A DNA stretch of 64,000 nucleotides, from the IMG/VR virus record IMGVR_UViG_3300046501_000132, positions 96,001-160,000 of that record, one strand, 5' to 3'. The notes beneath the pieces are model-generated. The model saw nothing but the letters and a program-made list of their open reading frames with translations. It did no database searches and was not told where the DNA came from. The stretch is from a virus. Below, in pieces: positions 8,565-17,361 of this stretch; the stretch's first letter is position 1; each line of letters begins with the position of its first letter. The position numbers were made by a program, and so were the translations under genes.

Positions 8565-8636
8565 ATTTAGACGGTCGGATAAGAAAATGTAATAACCTTC
8601 GACTGGTGTAATTTTCTGTGAGTTAAACAATTTCTA

Positions 8637-9335
8637 ATGTCGTCGCTACGTGAAGCCCTGAAGTCTGTCAAGAGTAATATCCATGTTTTGCCTTCCGCTC
8701 CCAGGAAACCTGCTACGCGGCAACCGAAGAAGGCGGAAGTTGTACCTATTAGGCCAAAGCAGTACGTCTGCGGGCAAGAAGTTCAGTGGGCTTCGTATGA
8801 GGGTCAACGCCAAAAGGTTCCCTTTGTGAAGAAGGATGGTGATTGTGGGTTCTATGTAACCTATCCCACCAAGAACGAAGATATCAAGCTGCCTGAAGGA
8901 ACGGTAAGGGCTAGCTACAACTTCGAGAAGAAACGAGTTGAGTTCTTTAAGGCGGGATCGAAAGAACCGATCCGCTATGTGAACAATGCTCGTCATGAAC
9001 CGCTCCCGGTCCCTGCGTATATGTCAGACCTGGAGAAAATTGAGGAAGTCTTTGACATCGACCTGGAAACGGGCGAGATCACTGATGAACTCCGGATTGA
9101 TGTACTACCGGAAGGGGTCCACTGGAAGCTACGATTGCAAGAGTTTGAAGCTCAGCAGATCAAGGCCGGTGTGGAACAAAAGGCAATCACTTTCCGTCTT
9201 CAACGGTATCTCAAGAACCTGGAAGCCCTGCGAGGCGTGACGGTTGAGATGCTGGCCGCGCCGATTCCCGATGGTGTCAAGGATGCAATCGAGTATTCGG
9301 AAAAGAAACGACACGCTATTGCTGTGGGAAAGTAA
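8637..9335 (+). CDS. hypothetical protein
   Basis: 232-aa ORF, phage-like codon usage, first gene after promoter. Confidence 0.75.
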   Translation: MSSLREALKSVKSNIHVLPSAPRKPATRQPKKAEVVPIRPKQYVCGQEVQWASYEGQRQKVPFVKKDGDCGFYVTYPTKNEDIKLPEGTVRASYNFEKKRVEFFKAGSKEPIRYVNNARHEPLPVPAYMSDLEKIEEVFDIDLETGEITDELRIDVLPEGVHWKLRLQEFEAQQIKAGVEQKAITFRLQRYLKNLEALRGVTVEMLAAPIPDGVKDAIEYSEKKRHAIAVGK

Positions 9336-9755
9336 ATGGAAATCAAAGAGACTCCGCTGGATCTGAACGCTCTGCCGAAGAAGTTCTACATCTTCGTGCC
9401 GGATATGTCGGCTTTTGGTACGGCTCAACAAGTACTCAACGGCCTGATCGGCGCGCGTTGGAGGGGCCTGGAGCCCAAATGGTTGGAGAAACCGTTTGAG
9501 ACTCAATATCTGTATCAGACGGATGCGCATTATTTGTTCTGTGAATATAATGATGTATACAAGACGTGGGTGTTGACTTGGAGTCATGAGCTTGGATATT
9601 GTAATTCCGATCTGCCTGAAGTTGTGATTGGTCACAAGTATTTCTTGTCGGAAAAGACGGAACTCATTGATGTTGGCGGGACGATGTATCCGCTACGTGA
9701 CGTTAAGTCGGCGCTGGAATTCCTTCAGGTGAGTCCTGCGAAAGATGTTCAATAA
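9336..9755 (+). CDS. hypothetical protein (paralogue of 10324..10725)
   Basis: Shared 'PL....LPKKF.I.V.D' N-terminus and similar C-terminus. Confidence 0.7.
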   Translation: MEIKETPLDLNALPKKFYIFVPDMSAFGTAQQVLNGLIGARWRGLEPKWLEKPFETQYLYQTDAHYLFCEYNDVYKTWVLTWSHELGYCNSDLPEVVIGHKYFLSEKTELIDVGGTMYPLRDVKSALEFLQVSPAKDVQ

Positions 9756-9939
9756 GGAATGGGCGTTTGCCGTATCCGAGACTTTGAGGAATGACCCACA
9801 AGGGCGGGTCGCCTCTGAAGTAATCTTTGAGGCCAAGGGTTATAAGCCTCGTATGCCCGATGACGTCTATTTGCCCATTGACTGGGCAGAACCAAAGGAA
9901 GAAGATTTAACCGATGACTATCCAAAAGATGAATCCTGA
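9745..9939 (+). CDS. hypothetical protein
   Basis: Packs in operon. Confidence 0.55.
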   Translation: MFNKEWAFAVSETLRNDPQGRVASEVIFEAKGYKPRMPDDVYLPIDWAEPKEEDLTDDYPKDES

Positions 9940-10324
9940 AGTCAAGTCCCTATGGCTGGCTGCGTTGCGTAGTGGTCAGTTCGAGCAGGGCCGTGACAAT
10001 CTGTGTAATAATGGGCAATATTGTTGTCTTGGTGTATTGGCCCAGTTGCACCACAATGCTAACCCGGAAGCTGTGATTCTGTCGAAAAGAGGTGTGATCA
10101 TTGAACGGATTTATTTCAATGATGAAGATGCCATTCTACCGAAGGCAACCAAGGCATGGGCAGGCTTGAATGGGTCGAATCCTGATATCATGTACAATGG
10201 TGGTCGTACTCAGATCACGGTATTGAACGATGGTGGTCACGCCACCAACGGATTGGGCGTGCCTGAGGCGATCATGCCGCTGTCGTTCAAAGAAATCGCT
10301 GACCTTATTGAGGTGCAATTCTGA
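9914..10324 (+). CDS. conserved phage hypothetical protein
   Basis: 'WLAALRSG.F.QG...L.....CCLGVL' motif common in phage ORFs. Confidence 0.7.
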   Translation: MTIQKMNPEVKSLWLAALRSGQFEQGRDNLCNNGQYCCLGVLAQLHHNANPEAVILSKRGVIIERIYFNDEDAILPKATKAWAGLNGSNPDIMYNGGRTQITVLNDGGHATNGLGVPEAIMPLSFKEIADLIEVQF

Positions 10325-10725
10325 TGAGCGCAGTAGAATTGAAGAAGATTCCGCTGACCGACGATAATTTGCCTAAGAAGTTTGCAATTGTTGTTGGGGA
10401 TCGTGAGACTTCGAAGGCAGTCCAGCATATCCTGTTTGATATGGGAGTCAGTTGGAACTCTGGTTACGCCAGGCCAAATTATCTGGATGCTGAGGTTCTC
10501 TTTGTGACAGAGCGTGTCCACCACGGCTACCAATTTTCCTATGGTGATCTTTCCTATTACAAGCGTGAGTGGGAAGGCAAGTATCCCACCATCCAAGTTG
10601 AGAAGGAAGTTATCACCAACTATTCGTTGATGTTGGAATCGCGCCAAGTCGTCATTGACGGCAAGGCGTATGATGAGGGCAAGGTACTGGAAGCCCTGCG
10701 TGATATGGGAGTAGAGCCGCTGTGA
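10324..10725 (+). CDS. hypothetical protein (paralogue of 9336..9755)
   Basis: See 9336. Confidence 0.7.
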   Translation: MSAVELKKIPLTDDNLPKKFAIVVGDRETSKAVQHILFDMGVSWNSGYARPNYLDAEVLFVTERVHHGYQFSYGDLSYYKREWEGKYPTIQVEKEVITNYSLMLESRQVVIDGKAYDEGKVLEALRDMGVEPL

Positions 10726-11153
10726 GCAAATTTGAACATACCCGCAAGGCGTTTGAGGATCGTACATTCAACCGAAGATTCCTCTGCGGCATCACGAAGG
10801 TTAGTGATAGTCAGTTCGCATTTGCAGTGAACTGCCCTCCGCAGCACGAGTTTGTGCAACGCGGTGATGATGGCGAATATCTGGATGAAACGCTCCGGAT
10901 TATGTGGTGGGCCTGGAATGAGGCAATGGAAGAATCCACCAAGCTGAAACCGTTCTTCGCCAACTTCGAAGGTCGTTATCTAGGCGCCACTGCGTTTGTG
11001 GTCGCTAAGAACAAAGAAGATGCGTTGTCGATTATTAATGATCATCGCGTATTGAACGGCATTTCGGATAAGACCGCCCCCTCGCCTGACGAGGTTGAAG
11101 AAGTTGTCCTGACCGTCGAGGGATGTCCATATTTTGATAATGGAGATTATTGA
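10722..11153 (+). CDS. hypothetical protein
   Basis: GTGA-coupled start; ends 'NGDY'. Confidence 0.65.
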   Translation: MSKFEHTRKAFEDRTFNRRFLCGITKVSDSQFAFAVNCPPQHEFVQRGDDGEYLDETLRIMWWAWNEAMEESTKLKPFFANFEGRYLGATAFVVAKNKEDALSIINDHRVLNGISDKTAPSPDEVEEVVLTVEGCPYFDNGDY

Positions 11154-11380
11154 TGCGGTTGAATACAACTTTTGAGGGAGAACCTGAAGAACGTGGTTAT
11201 CTAACCCGGAAGATCACAGTGGATCCATTCAAGGTGACTTCTGTTGAAACGAATGAATGTGGTAAGAATATCATCAGGCTGGACAATGGTGATGGATTCA
11301 TTGTGAATTCCAAAGTTCCTGTGACCGAGATTCTTCAAAAGATCGAAGATGGTCGCAACGCTATCGTCCGTAGGCTGTAA
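11153..11380 (+). CDS. hypothetical protein
   Basis: GGAG SD, coupled start. Confidence 0.6.
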   Translation: MRLNTTFEGEPEERGYLTRKITVDPFKVTSVETNECGKNIIRLDNGDGFIVNSKVPVTEILQKIEDGRNAIVRRL

Positions 11381-11384
11381 AGCA

Positions 11385-11414
11385 AAAATGACCGGGAGAA
11401 ATCCCGGTCATTTT
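11385..11414. terminator. bidirectional terminator
   Basis: AAAATGACCGGGA-gaaa-TCCCGGTCATTTT. Confidence 0.85.
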
Positions 11415-11416
11415 GT

Positions 11417-12187
11417 TTAGATCATAGCAAGAACCCTGCCTGTGACAACCAGGTTGGGTAGCGTCGTTGTTACGACTAGATTGACGTTGTTTCCGCTAAT
11501 CGAAGATGAAAGGCTGTAGAGGTTGGAGACATTCCCAACTTCATTGTATACGGAAATGTATGTGTCCGATCCGATCACAGTAACAATCGCTTCCTGGATC
11601 TGACGTTGAGAGCCAACTGAGTTCGAAACCGATACCAGAACCTTCATCGTATTGTAACGATCCTTGCGGAATGAGAATAAGTTGTTTGGTCCAGCAGAGA
11701 CAATCGTTGTCGGAGTCGTTCCACCAGTATTATACAACCTGATCTTCGCCCAAGATGATGTTGTCGTGTCCCAACGCGAGAATTCTGATAGTCCATCCCC
11801 AGATCCATCGTCTTGGATAAACGTTACCTCATTTCCGGTATAGCCTGTATATTCAGAAGACAACGCCGCAGTACGTTCAGCTGCGTTCGTGAACACACCT
11901 CTAAATGAAGTGGAGCGAGTTAGATAATTGATCTTGCTATACTCAGCATCGGTTAGGACGTGGGTATTTGCATTCGAAAGCAACTGAGTCTTAATGTTGG
12001 CTGGAAGGTTATTGGCGTCAACCATTCCCTTCAGAATCTTAGCCAACTCAGCGGATGCAACCTTCTGAGTTCCGCCTGAGAAGTCGTTCACGATAAGCGA
12101 AGCACTCAACGCTCCGCGCATTTCGGCAATCGCCTGGTCAATTTCTTGTCCAGTGAATACTGAGATATACTTTTGTGGTGTAGCCAT
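11417..12187 (-). CDS. probable virion structural protein (fibre/baseplate-associated)
   Basis: Ser/Thr/Gly/Asn-rich beta-type sequence; TAAATA late box at 12251-12256. Confidence 0.6.
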   Translation of the reverse strand: MATPQKYISVFTGQEIDQAIAEMRGALSASLIVNDFSGGTQKVASAELAKILKGMVDANNLPANIKTQLLSNANTHVLTDAEYSKINYLTRSTSFRGVFTNAAERTAALSSEYTGYTGNEVTFIQDDGSGDGLSEFSRWDTTTSSWAKIRLYNTGGTTPTTIVSAGPNNLFSFRKDRYNTMKVLVSVSNSVGSQRQIQEAIVTVIGSDTYISVYNEVGNVSNLYSLSSSISGNNVNLVVTTTLPNLVVTGRVLAMI

Positions 12188-12265
12188 TATTGGTCCTTAA
12201 AGGTCTGACCCTTCATTTCCAGGCCATAAATTCATAGTGAGTGATATTAATATTTAGTTTTTAGC

Positions 12266-12294
12266 TTTACTATGCTATGTAAACGTAGTAGACT
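12266..12294 (+). promoter_or_regulatory. early-type promoter of the glycosyltransferase operon (TTTACT-N17-TAGACT)
   Basis: Consensus -35 and spacing. Confidence 0.65.
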
Positions 12295-12322
12295 AGAGTT
12301 TAAGATATGGAGAATATGTAAT

Positions 12323-13549
12323 ATGAAAATTGCGGCTATCTATTGGCCCACTTCCTCGGTTGGAGGAATTAACTCGGTGCTCGTCGCTCTCCGGAAGGAA
12401 GCAGAGGCCAACGGAGACACTTTTGATGTGATCCGTTGTGGGAATCTGAAGACGATCAACCCGACCAAATTCGATGAACCGCAGCTGATTCGCGGCGGCG
12501 ACACGTTCATCACCGTCCATGGCGAGTGCTCTCACCACCCGGACAAAGTTCAAGGCACGGTCAAGTTCTTGGAAGAGAACTATGACGCGCTATACTTCGC
12601 ATACATCTGTCCTCATGCCAATAAGGCTTATGGGGATGATCCGGTATTCTTGCCGATCTATACTGACACCAAACTCCCGAAGGTCGCATTCATCACGGAT
12701 GCTTACTGGGACACATACAAAGACTGGGGCCTGATGTGCCTCCCTCACGTCAAGAAGACGTTGGTGACTCAACCCGCCTACGCGGAGCCGCTTCTGAAGT
12801 ATGGACTGCCGGTTCAAGCAATTGATGCGCCGATCTTTCCTCAAGACGTAAGTCACATCAAGCGTTCGGAAGAACCGCTGGTGGTCTGGACTTCCCAATG
12901 GAAGAACATCAAGGGAATTACCAAGCTGATGCCGGTAATTCCCGAGATCACCAAGGTCGCCAAGATGGATATGTTCTCCAATGGTATCCTGTATTACCAG
13001 ATGCGAGAAACCGATGAGTGGAAGGCGGCAATCGGTCGAGATCACTTCAAGGGATTCGATGGTCAAGGTGAAGCAGATTTCTTTGGCTATGTTCCCCTGG
13101 AGCAAATTCCTGAGATTCTGAAGCACTCGTGGTTCATGATTGACCTTCAGGGAATCGGCAATCCGAAATTCAAGGCATATACGCAAGGTGCGTATAATAT
13201 CACGACAATCGAAGCGCTGTTGTATGGCTCGTGCCCGATCCTAGCCGATCAAGCCAAGCGTTCGATCATCCCTAATGAATTCTTCCTGACCGTTGAAGAC
13301 GCGCGTCAGATTCCGGACCTGATCAAGAATAATCTGAAGTTCGCTCGCGATCAAGATCGTATCGCCGCTGCGCGGGAATGGGTTCTGGAACGCCATTCGT
13401 CCAGCAATATGTATAAGCAAGTGATCGATGCTCTGAACGGGCCGGACCCAGAACCGTTCGATCCAAGCAAGATCGTAGAAGCCGCGCCTGAACCGGAAAA
13501 GAAGCCGGAACCTGCCGCTGCTATGGATATGTTCAATATGTTTGTGTGA
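12323..13549 (+). CDS. GT-B fold glycosyltransferase 1
   Basis: N-terminal beta strand + 'GG', 'KNIKG', 'YNITTIEALLYGSCPI' (GT4-like ExxxxG.P); GGAG SD at M18 of the ORF-track protein. Confidence 0.85.
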   Translation: MKIAAIYWPTSSVGGINSVLVALRKEAEANGDTFDVIRCGNLKTINPTKFDEPQLIRGGDTFITVHGECSHHPDKVQGTVKFLEENYDALYFAYICPHANKAYGDDPVFLPIYTDTKLPKVAFITDAYWDTYKDWGLMCLPHVKKTLVTQPAYAEPLLKYGLPVQAIDAPIFPQDVSHIKRSEEPLVVWTSQWKNIKGITKLMPVIPEITKVAKMDMFSNGILYYQMRETDEWKAAIGRDHFKGFDGQGEADFFGYVPLEQIPEILKHSWFMIDLQGIGNPKFKAYTQGAYNITTIEALLYGSCPILADQAKRSIIPNEFFLTVEDARQIPDLIKNNLKFARDQDRIAAAREWVLERHSSSNMYKQVIDALNGPDPEPFDPSKIVEAAPEPEKKPEPAAAMDMFNMFV

Positions 13550-13552
13550 TCT

Positions 13553-14116
13553 ATGACGACATTTTACGTGCTGGAAGCCCACATTGACGATTCGTTCTTG
13601 TCGATGCACCGTCATATGACGGATTGGATCAAACAGGGCCATACCGTGATCATCGGTTCAGTCTACACCGGAGGTCGGAAACGCGACACGGAAATCAAGG
13701 CTTACGCTGAGCTCATAGGAGCCTCTACGCACTGCTATTTCCATGACCCTGAGCTAGACCCAGACCTGGGTGAGTTCACGCTCCCTAGCTCATTTATGCT
13801 GGGCCGTGAAGCACTCACAATCGTATGTCCTATCGCTATCCAGAACCACCAGCACGTGAAGCTGAGGGAATGGGTGGAGAAGTCGGTCAAGCCCGATCTG
13901 TATTACTTGGACATTCCGTACTACACCAAGGCCAAGAACGAAGACGAGGTCAACGAGAAGCTGAAAGGCTTCAAGATTGTGAGTGTGAAGAAGCCAACTC
14001 ACATGAAGGGCAAGGACAAGTACTGGAAGTGCTTCAAAGGACAATCCAAGTATTTCTTCTATAACCCGCCTGAGAGTTGGGTTCAGATTCCGGAAATCCT
14101 ATTGGAGAAAGAATGA
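13553..14116 (+). CDS. PIG-L/LmbE-family N-acetylhexosaminyl deacetylase
   Basis: 'AHIDD' (HxDD), 'R..E', 'NHQH' (HxDH-equivalent), 'YYLDIPY' motifs. Confidence 0.8.
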   Translation: MTTFYVLEAHIDDSFLSMHRHMTDWIKQGHTVIIGSVYTGGRKRDTEIKAYAELIGASTHCYFHDPELDPDLGEFTLPSSFMLGREALTIVCPIAIQNHQHVKLREWVEKSVKPDLYYLDIPYYTKAKNEDEVNEKLKGFKIVSVKKPTHMKGKDKYWKCFKGQSKYFFYNPPESWVQIPEILLEKE

Positions 14117-15348
14117 AGATCATTATCTATGATAACTTCGTTTGCTCTCCGATGGAAGGTCGTGGTGCGGCGGGTGGTCTGGAGAAGGTGGCGAAGGATG
14201 ATGCTTTCAATCTGACTCGCGCTGGTCATGATGTGATCTTCTTGTATGCGGGACATCAATGCAAGTATGACTTCCCGTTCCGGACGATGCAAGTTCACGA
14301 GAAGTCGAAAGAAGACGTCATCGAGCAAGACGGTAGCATCGTCGCTTGGCAGAATCGGGTCGTGGCGAATGTGATCAACATTATCAAGCGTGAAGAGCCT
14401 GATATCATGTTGTATCATAGTCATACGACTTCCCCGGCCAAGAAGATCATCAAGGAAACTGGAATCCCGACGCTGATGACGATTCACGGGTTCCTGACGG
14501 GCAATCTGTTTATCGACACCGGGCGGATCACCGCCTATCGTGAACTTTGTGAAATGGGCGCGTATCTGGTCACCAATACAGAAGCCACCGGAAAGCGCAT
14601 CTTCAAGCAGGCAAAGTTGGTTCGTGATCGCTACGTCAAGAACGAGCAGGATTATTGGAACTTCGTCCGAATCATTGATGATCAGCTTCCGTTCTATCAT
14701 GACTTCCACCGGACATTCATGTTCGTGGAAGAAGAATTTGAGATCAAGGAATCGAGCGGGCGGGCGATCACCGCATCCCGCGCCGATCCTCTGAAGCTGA
14801 CCCACAAGTTCAAGGACATCAAGCACCCGCTGGACATCTTCTGGAAGTCGTTCCCATCGACAAGTAAGACTTATCCCAAGTGGCTTGAAACCAACCGTGG
14901 ATACTTCGGGGATAATCCTGATATCAAGTTCTATTGGAATTGGAAGTATAGCGGTATCATGGATACGTTCTCTCAAGCCAAGGCGTGTCTGATTACCTGG
15001 CCGGATGAGACTTTCGGATTGACTGCATTCGAAGCCGCACAAAAGGGCGTGCCGTCGATCTGTATGCATAAGGGTGAACTCAGTTGTACGGCTGAGTTCC
15101 TGTCGCGTGTTAGCAAGCCAGTTCTCATCGACTATCGGGACAAGAACTTCGTCGATCAAGTTGTAGATGCGCTCAATAATATCGATGATAGTCTTCATAC
15201 TCGTCAGGCTTTCGCAGAGGACTTCCGTACATACTTCAGCTATACTAGCTGGGTGAATGAGAAAGAGGAATTTATGCGCAGAGCGATCAATATGATGAAA
15301 GAGGTTGGTCGGCCTGAACCGAGTTCCCTGTTTAACGATTGGAGCTGA
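14113..15348 (+). CDS. GT-B fold (GT4-like) glycosyltransferase 2
   Basis: 'GGLEK', 'L...GHDV', 'T.HG', 'ETFGLTAFEAAQKGVP' canonical GT4 motif. Confidence 0.9.
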   Translation: MKIIIYDNFVCSPMEGRGAAGGLEKVAKDDAFNLTRAGHDVIFLYAGHQCKYDFPFRTMQVHEKSKEDVIEQDGSIVAWQNRVVANVINIIKREEPDIMLYHSHTTSPAKKIIKETGIPTLMTIHGFLTGNLFIDTGRITAYRELCEMGAYLVTNTEATGKRIFKQAKLVRDRYVKNEQDYWNFVRIIDDQLPFYHDFHRTFMFVEEEFEIKESSGRAITASRADPLKLTHKFKDIKHPLDIFWKSFPSTSKTYPKWLETNRGYFGDNPDIKFYWNWKYSGIMDTFSQAKACLITWPDETFGLTAFEAAQKGVPSICMHKGELSCTAEFLSRVSKPVLIDYRDKNFVDQVVDALNNIDDSLHTRQAFAEDFRTYFSYTSWVNEKEEFMRRAINMMKEVGRPEPSSLFNDWS

Positions 15349-15349
15349 T

Positions 15350-15793
15350 GTGAGTGTTCTGAATGCAGTGAAGCGCGCCTATGGGGTCATGGAACAACGT
15401 GGGTGGGATACGGTCTATTGGGCTGTCGATCTCCACGGTGTATGTCTGGAATCCAACTACAAGCAGGGTGGTTACCAGTGGATCAACCAGACCGCGAAAG
15501 AGACGCTTCAGTTGATTTCGATGCTCCCCGAGAGCAAGATCATCCTCTGGTCGTCGGTACACGCCAATGAACAATACGATATTATCAAGTTCTTTCGGGA
15601 TGCAGATATTGCAGTTTTCGATTTCAATCAAAACCGATTCGAGAAAAGCAATCACTGTTCCAACTTCGATGAGAAGTTCTACTTCAGCGTTTTGCTGGAT
15701 GATAAGGCTGGATTTGATCCGAAAACAGATTGGGCTGAGATTAACACGTATTTGACGTTGCAAGCGTATGGAAGAGGGTTGTTCAATGAATGA
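15350..15793 (+). CDS. HAD-superfamily phosphatase
   Basis: 'VDLHG', 'ILWS', 'K.Y...LLDDKAG' motifs. Confidence 0.7.
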   Translation: MSVLNAVKRAYGVMEQRGWDTVYWAVDLHGVCLESNYKQGGYQWINQTAKETLQLISMLPESKIILWSSVHANEQYDIIKFFRDADIAVFDFNQNRFEKSNHCSNFDEKFYFSVLLDDKAGFDPKTDWAEINTYLTLQAYGRGLFNE

Positions 15794-15962
15794 ACATGAA
15801 GAAGAACTGAAGAAGCAACGCGAGTCGGTGGGTGAGATCATTGCCGACATCGTAGAAGGTGCGGTTGAAGTAGCAGGCGACGTGATCGGTGGTTTCATCG
15901 AAGGCGTTGGTAATGTATGCGGCGCCATTTCTGAAGCCGCAAGTGAATGTACTTTGGACTAA
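15786..15962 (+). CDS. small acidic hypothetical protein
   Basis: GAGG SD, overlaps upstream stop. Confidence 0.55.
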   Translation: MNEHEEELKKQRESVGEIIADIVEGAVEVAGDVIGGFIEGVGNVCGAISEAASECTLD

Positions 15963-15973
15963 GGAGTCAATCA

Positions 15974-16234
15974 ATGAGTATGAGTCAGTACGCGACAAAG
16001 GAAGAATACCAAGCGTCGCAAAACAATAAGCCGGTGGTGCATTTTCTCAATGAGGCCACTTTCGAAGACAACTGGATGGGAACCGGCTGTAAGGTTGCCC
16101 ATTGTGTGGTGATCGATCACCCGCGTCTTGGTCAGAGTGATGTACGCACGAGTGCAGTCATCAAGATCAATGAGGATGGTTCGTTCGAAACTCGCAATAG
16201 CATCTACCAACCGATTCAACAACTGAACGGTTAA
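15974..16234 (+). CDS. conserved phage hypothetical protein
   Basis: AAGGAG SD; 'DHPRLG...VRTS.V.......FET.NS.Y' motif. Confidence 0.7.
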   Translation: MSMSQYATKEEYQASQNNKPVVHFLNEATFEDNWMGTGCKVAHCVVIDHPRLGQSDVRTSAVIKINEDGSFETRNSIYQPIQQLNG

Positions 16235-16734
16235 TGGCTGGGCGGGTAGTTAAACCGCCAGTCAGACGAGAAAACGCTTACACAGAGGTGAGCGTTTTTC
16301 TTGCTGGCAGCATCGAAATGGGCAAGGCGGTCGATTGGCAGTACGCACTAGGCGAATCTCTGACCTACTTCCACGAAGTGGGTAATATATACAATCCAAG
16401 GCGTGACGACTGGGACTCCAGTTGGGAACAGCGCAAGGATAATCCTCAGTTCAACGAACAAGTCACTTGGGAGTTGGATCATATTGAGGATGCAGACATC
16501 GTATTCTTCAACTTTATCCCCGATACGCAATCCCCCATCACTCTCCTAGAGCTGGGATTTGCGCTGGGTCAGATGAAGGAAGTCATCGTTTGTTGTCCTC
16601 CAGGCTTCTGGCGTAAGGGAAATATCGACATCCTTTGTGATCGTGAGTCGGTGACAGTTTATGATGACTACACGCAGGCAATCGCTGCACTATATAAGAG
16701 GATACACGGAATCTATGAGGAAATGAAACAATGA
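16234..16734 (+). CDS. nucleoside 2-deoxyribosyltransferase-like protein
   Basis: 'VFLAGSIEMG.A.DWQ', 'NPRR.DWD', 'QV.WEL', 'SPITLLELG', 'GFWRKGN'. Confidence 0.85.
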   Translation: MAGRVVKPPVRRENAYTEVSVFLAGSIEMGKAVDWQYALGESLTYFHEVGNIYNPRRDDWDSSWEQRKDNPQFNEQVTWELDHIEDADIVFFNFIPDTQSPITLLELGFALGQMKEVIVCCPPGFWRKGNIDILCDRESVTVYDDYTQAIAALYKRIHGIYEEMKQ

Positions 16735-16973
16735 ATATTGAAGTGCAAATCGCATTGCTAGAAAAACGCAAGCGTGAAATCGAACTTGATTATGAGGCTG
16801 ATGATAATCGCCTCCAAGGACTTCTGGCTGAAGGTCGGAAGATTGCCAAGATTGTAGACGCCAAGAAAGAAAAAGCCCAACATCTGGAATTCGCCATCAC
16901 CAATCTTCGCGCTCTGCATGACATTGAGGTTGAGGAAGCGGTCCCTGAGGAAGACCCTTGGGGTGATGATTGA
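16731..16973 (+). CDS. coiled-coil hypothetical protein
   Basis: ATGA-coupled; heptad character. Confidence 0.6.
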   Translation: MNIEVQIALLEKRKREIELDYEADDNRLQGLLAEGRKIAKIVDAKKEKAQHLEFAITNLRALHDIEVEEAVPEEDPWGDD

Positions 16974-17337
16974 CATCACCAAGTTTCATAATCGGGCCAA
17001 ACTGATATTCGACCGAGAGAATCTAGGCAACTACAAGCAGCGCGTAGTTGCTTTTGTCTTAGATTCCAAAGGTCGGATACTCACAGAAGGATGGAATTCT
17101 TATACCAAGACGCATCCAGTCCAACAACAAGCTGCCTTGGCTCATGACGAGAAGAAGTGTTTTCTCCACGCTGAGATCCACGCTCTCACTCGACTGCGGT
17201 ATAAGCAGTTGTCTAAGCAAGAAACAATTGTGGTGCTTCGGATGGACGTTAGTAAACGCTTACTTCCGGGCGCGCCCTGTAGCATTTGTCAAGATGTTAT
17301 CTCTCAGTTCGGGATCACGAACATCGTGCATTCCTAA
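16966..17337 (+). CDS. cytidine/dCMP deaminase-fold protein
   Basis: 'HAE' and 'PCSIC' zinc motifs. Confidence 0.85.
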   Translation: MIDITKFHNRAKLIFDRENLGNYKQRVVAFVLDSKGRILTEGWNSYTKTHPVQQQAALAHDEKKCFLHAEIHALTRLRYKQLSKQETIVVLRMDVSKRLLPGAPCSICQDVISQFGITNIVHS

Positions 17338-17361
17338 ATACAAGATATACTGGGAGAATCT

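Noticed and set aside
12323-14116. GT + PIG-L pair as mycothiol/bacillithiol biosynthesis
   Set aside because: No cysteine ligase (MshC/BshC) seen; clamp-like tails and the hmU context favour a DNA substrate. Disfavoured, not formally excluded.
14083-15198. 371-aa antisense ORF
   Set aside because: Shadow of glycosyltransferase 2 caused by codon bias; no motifs.
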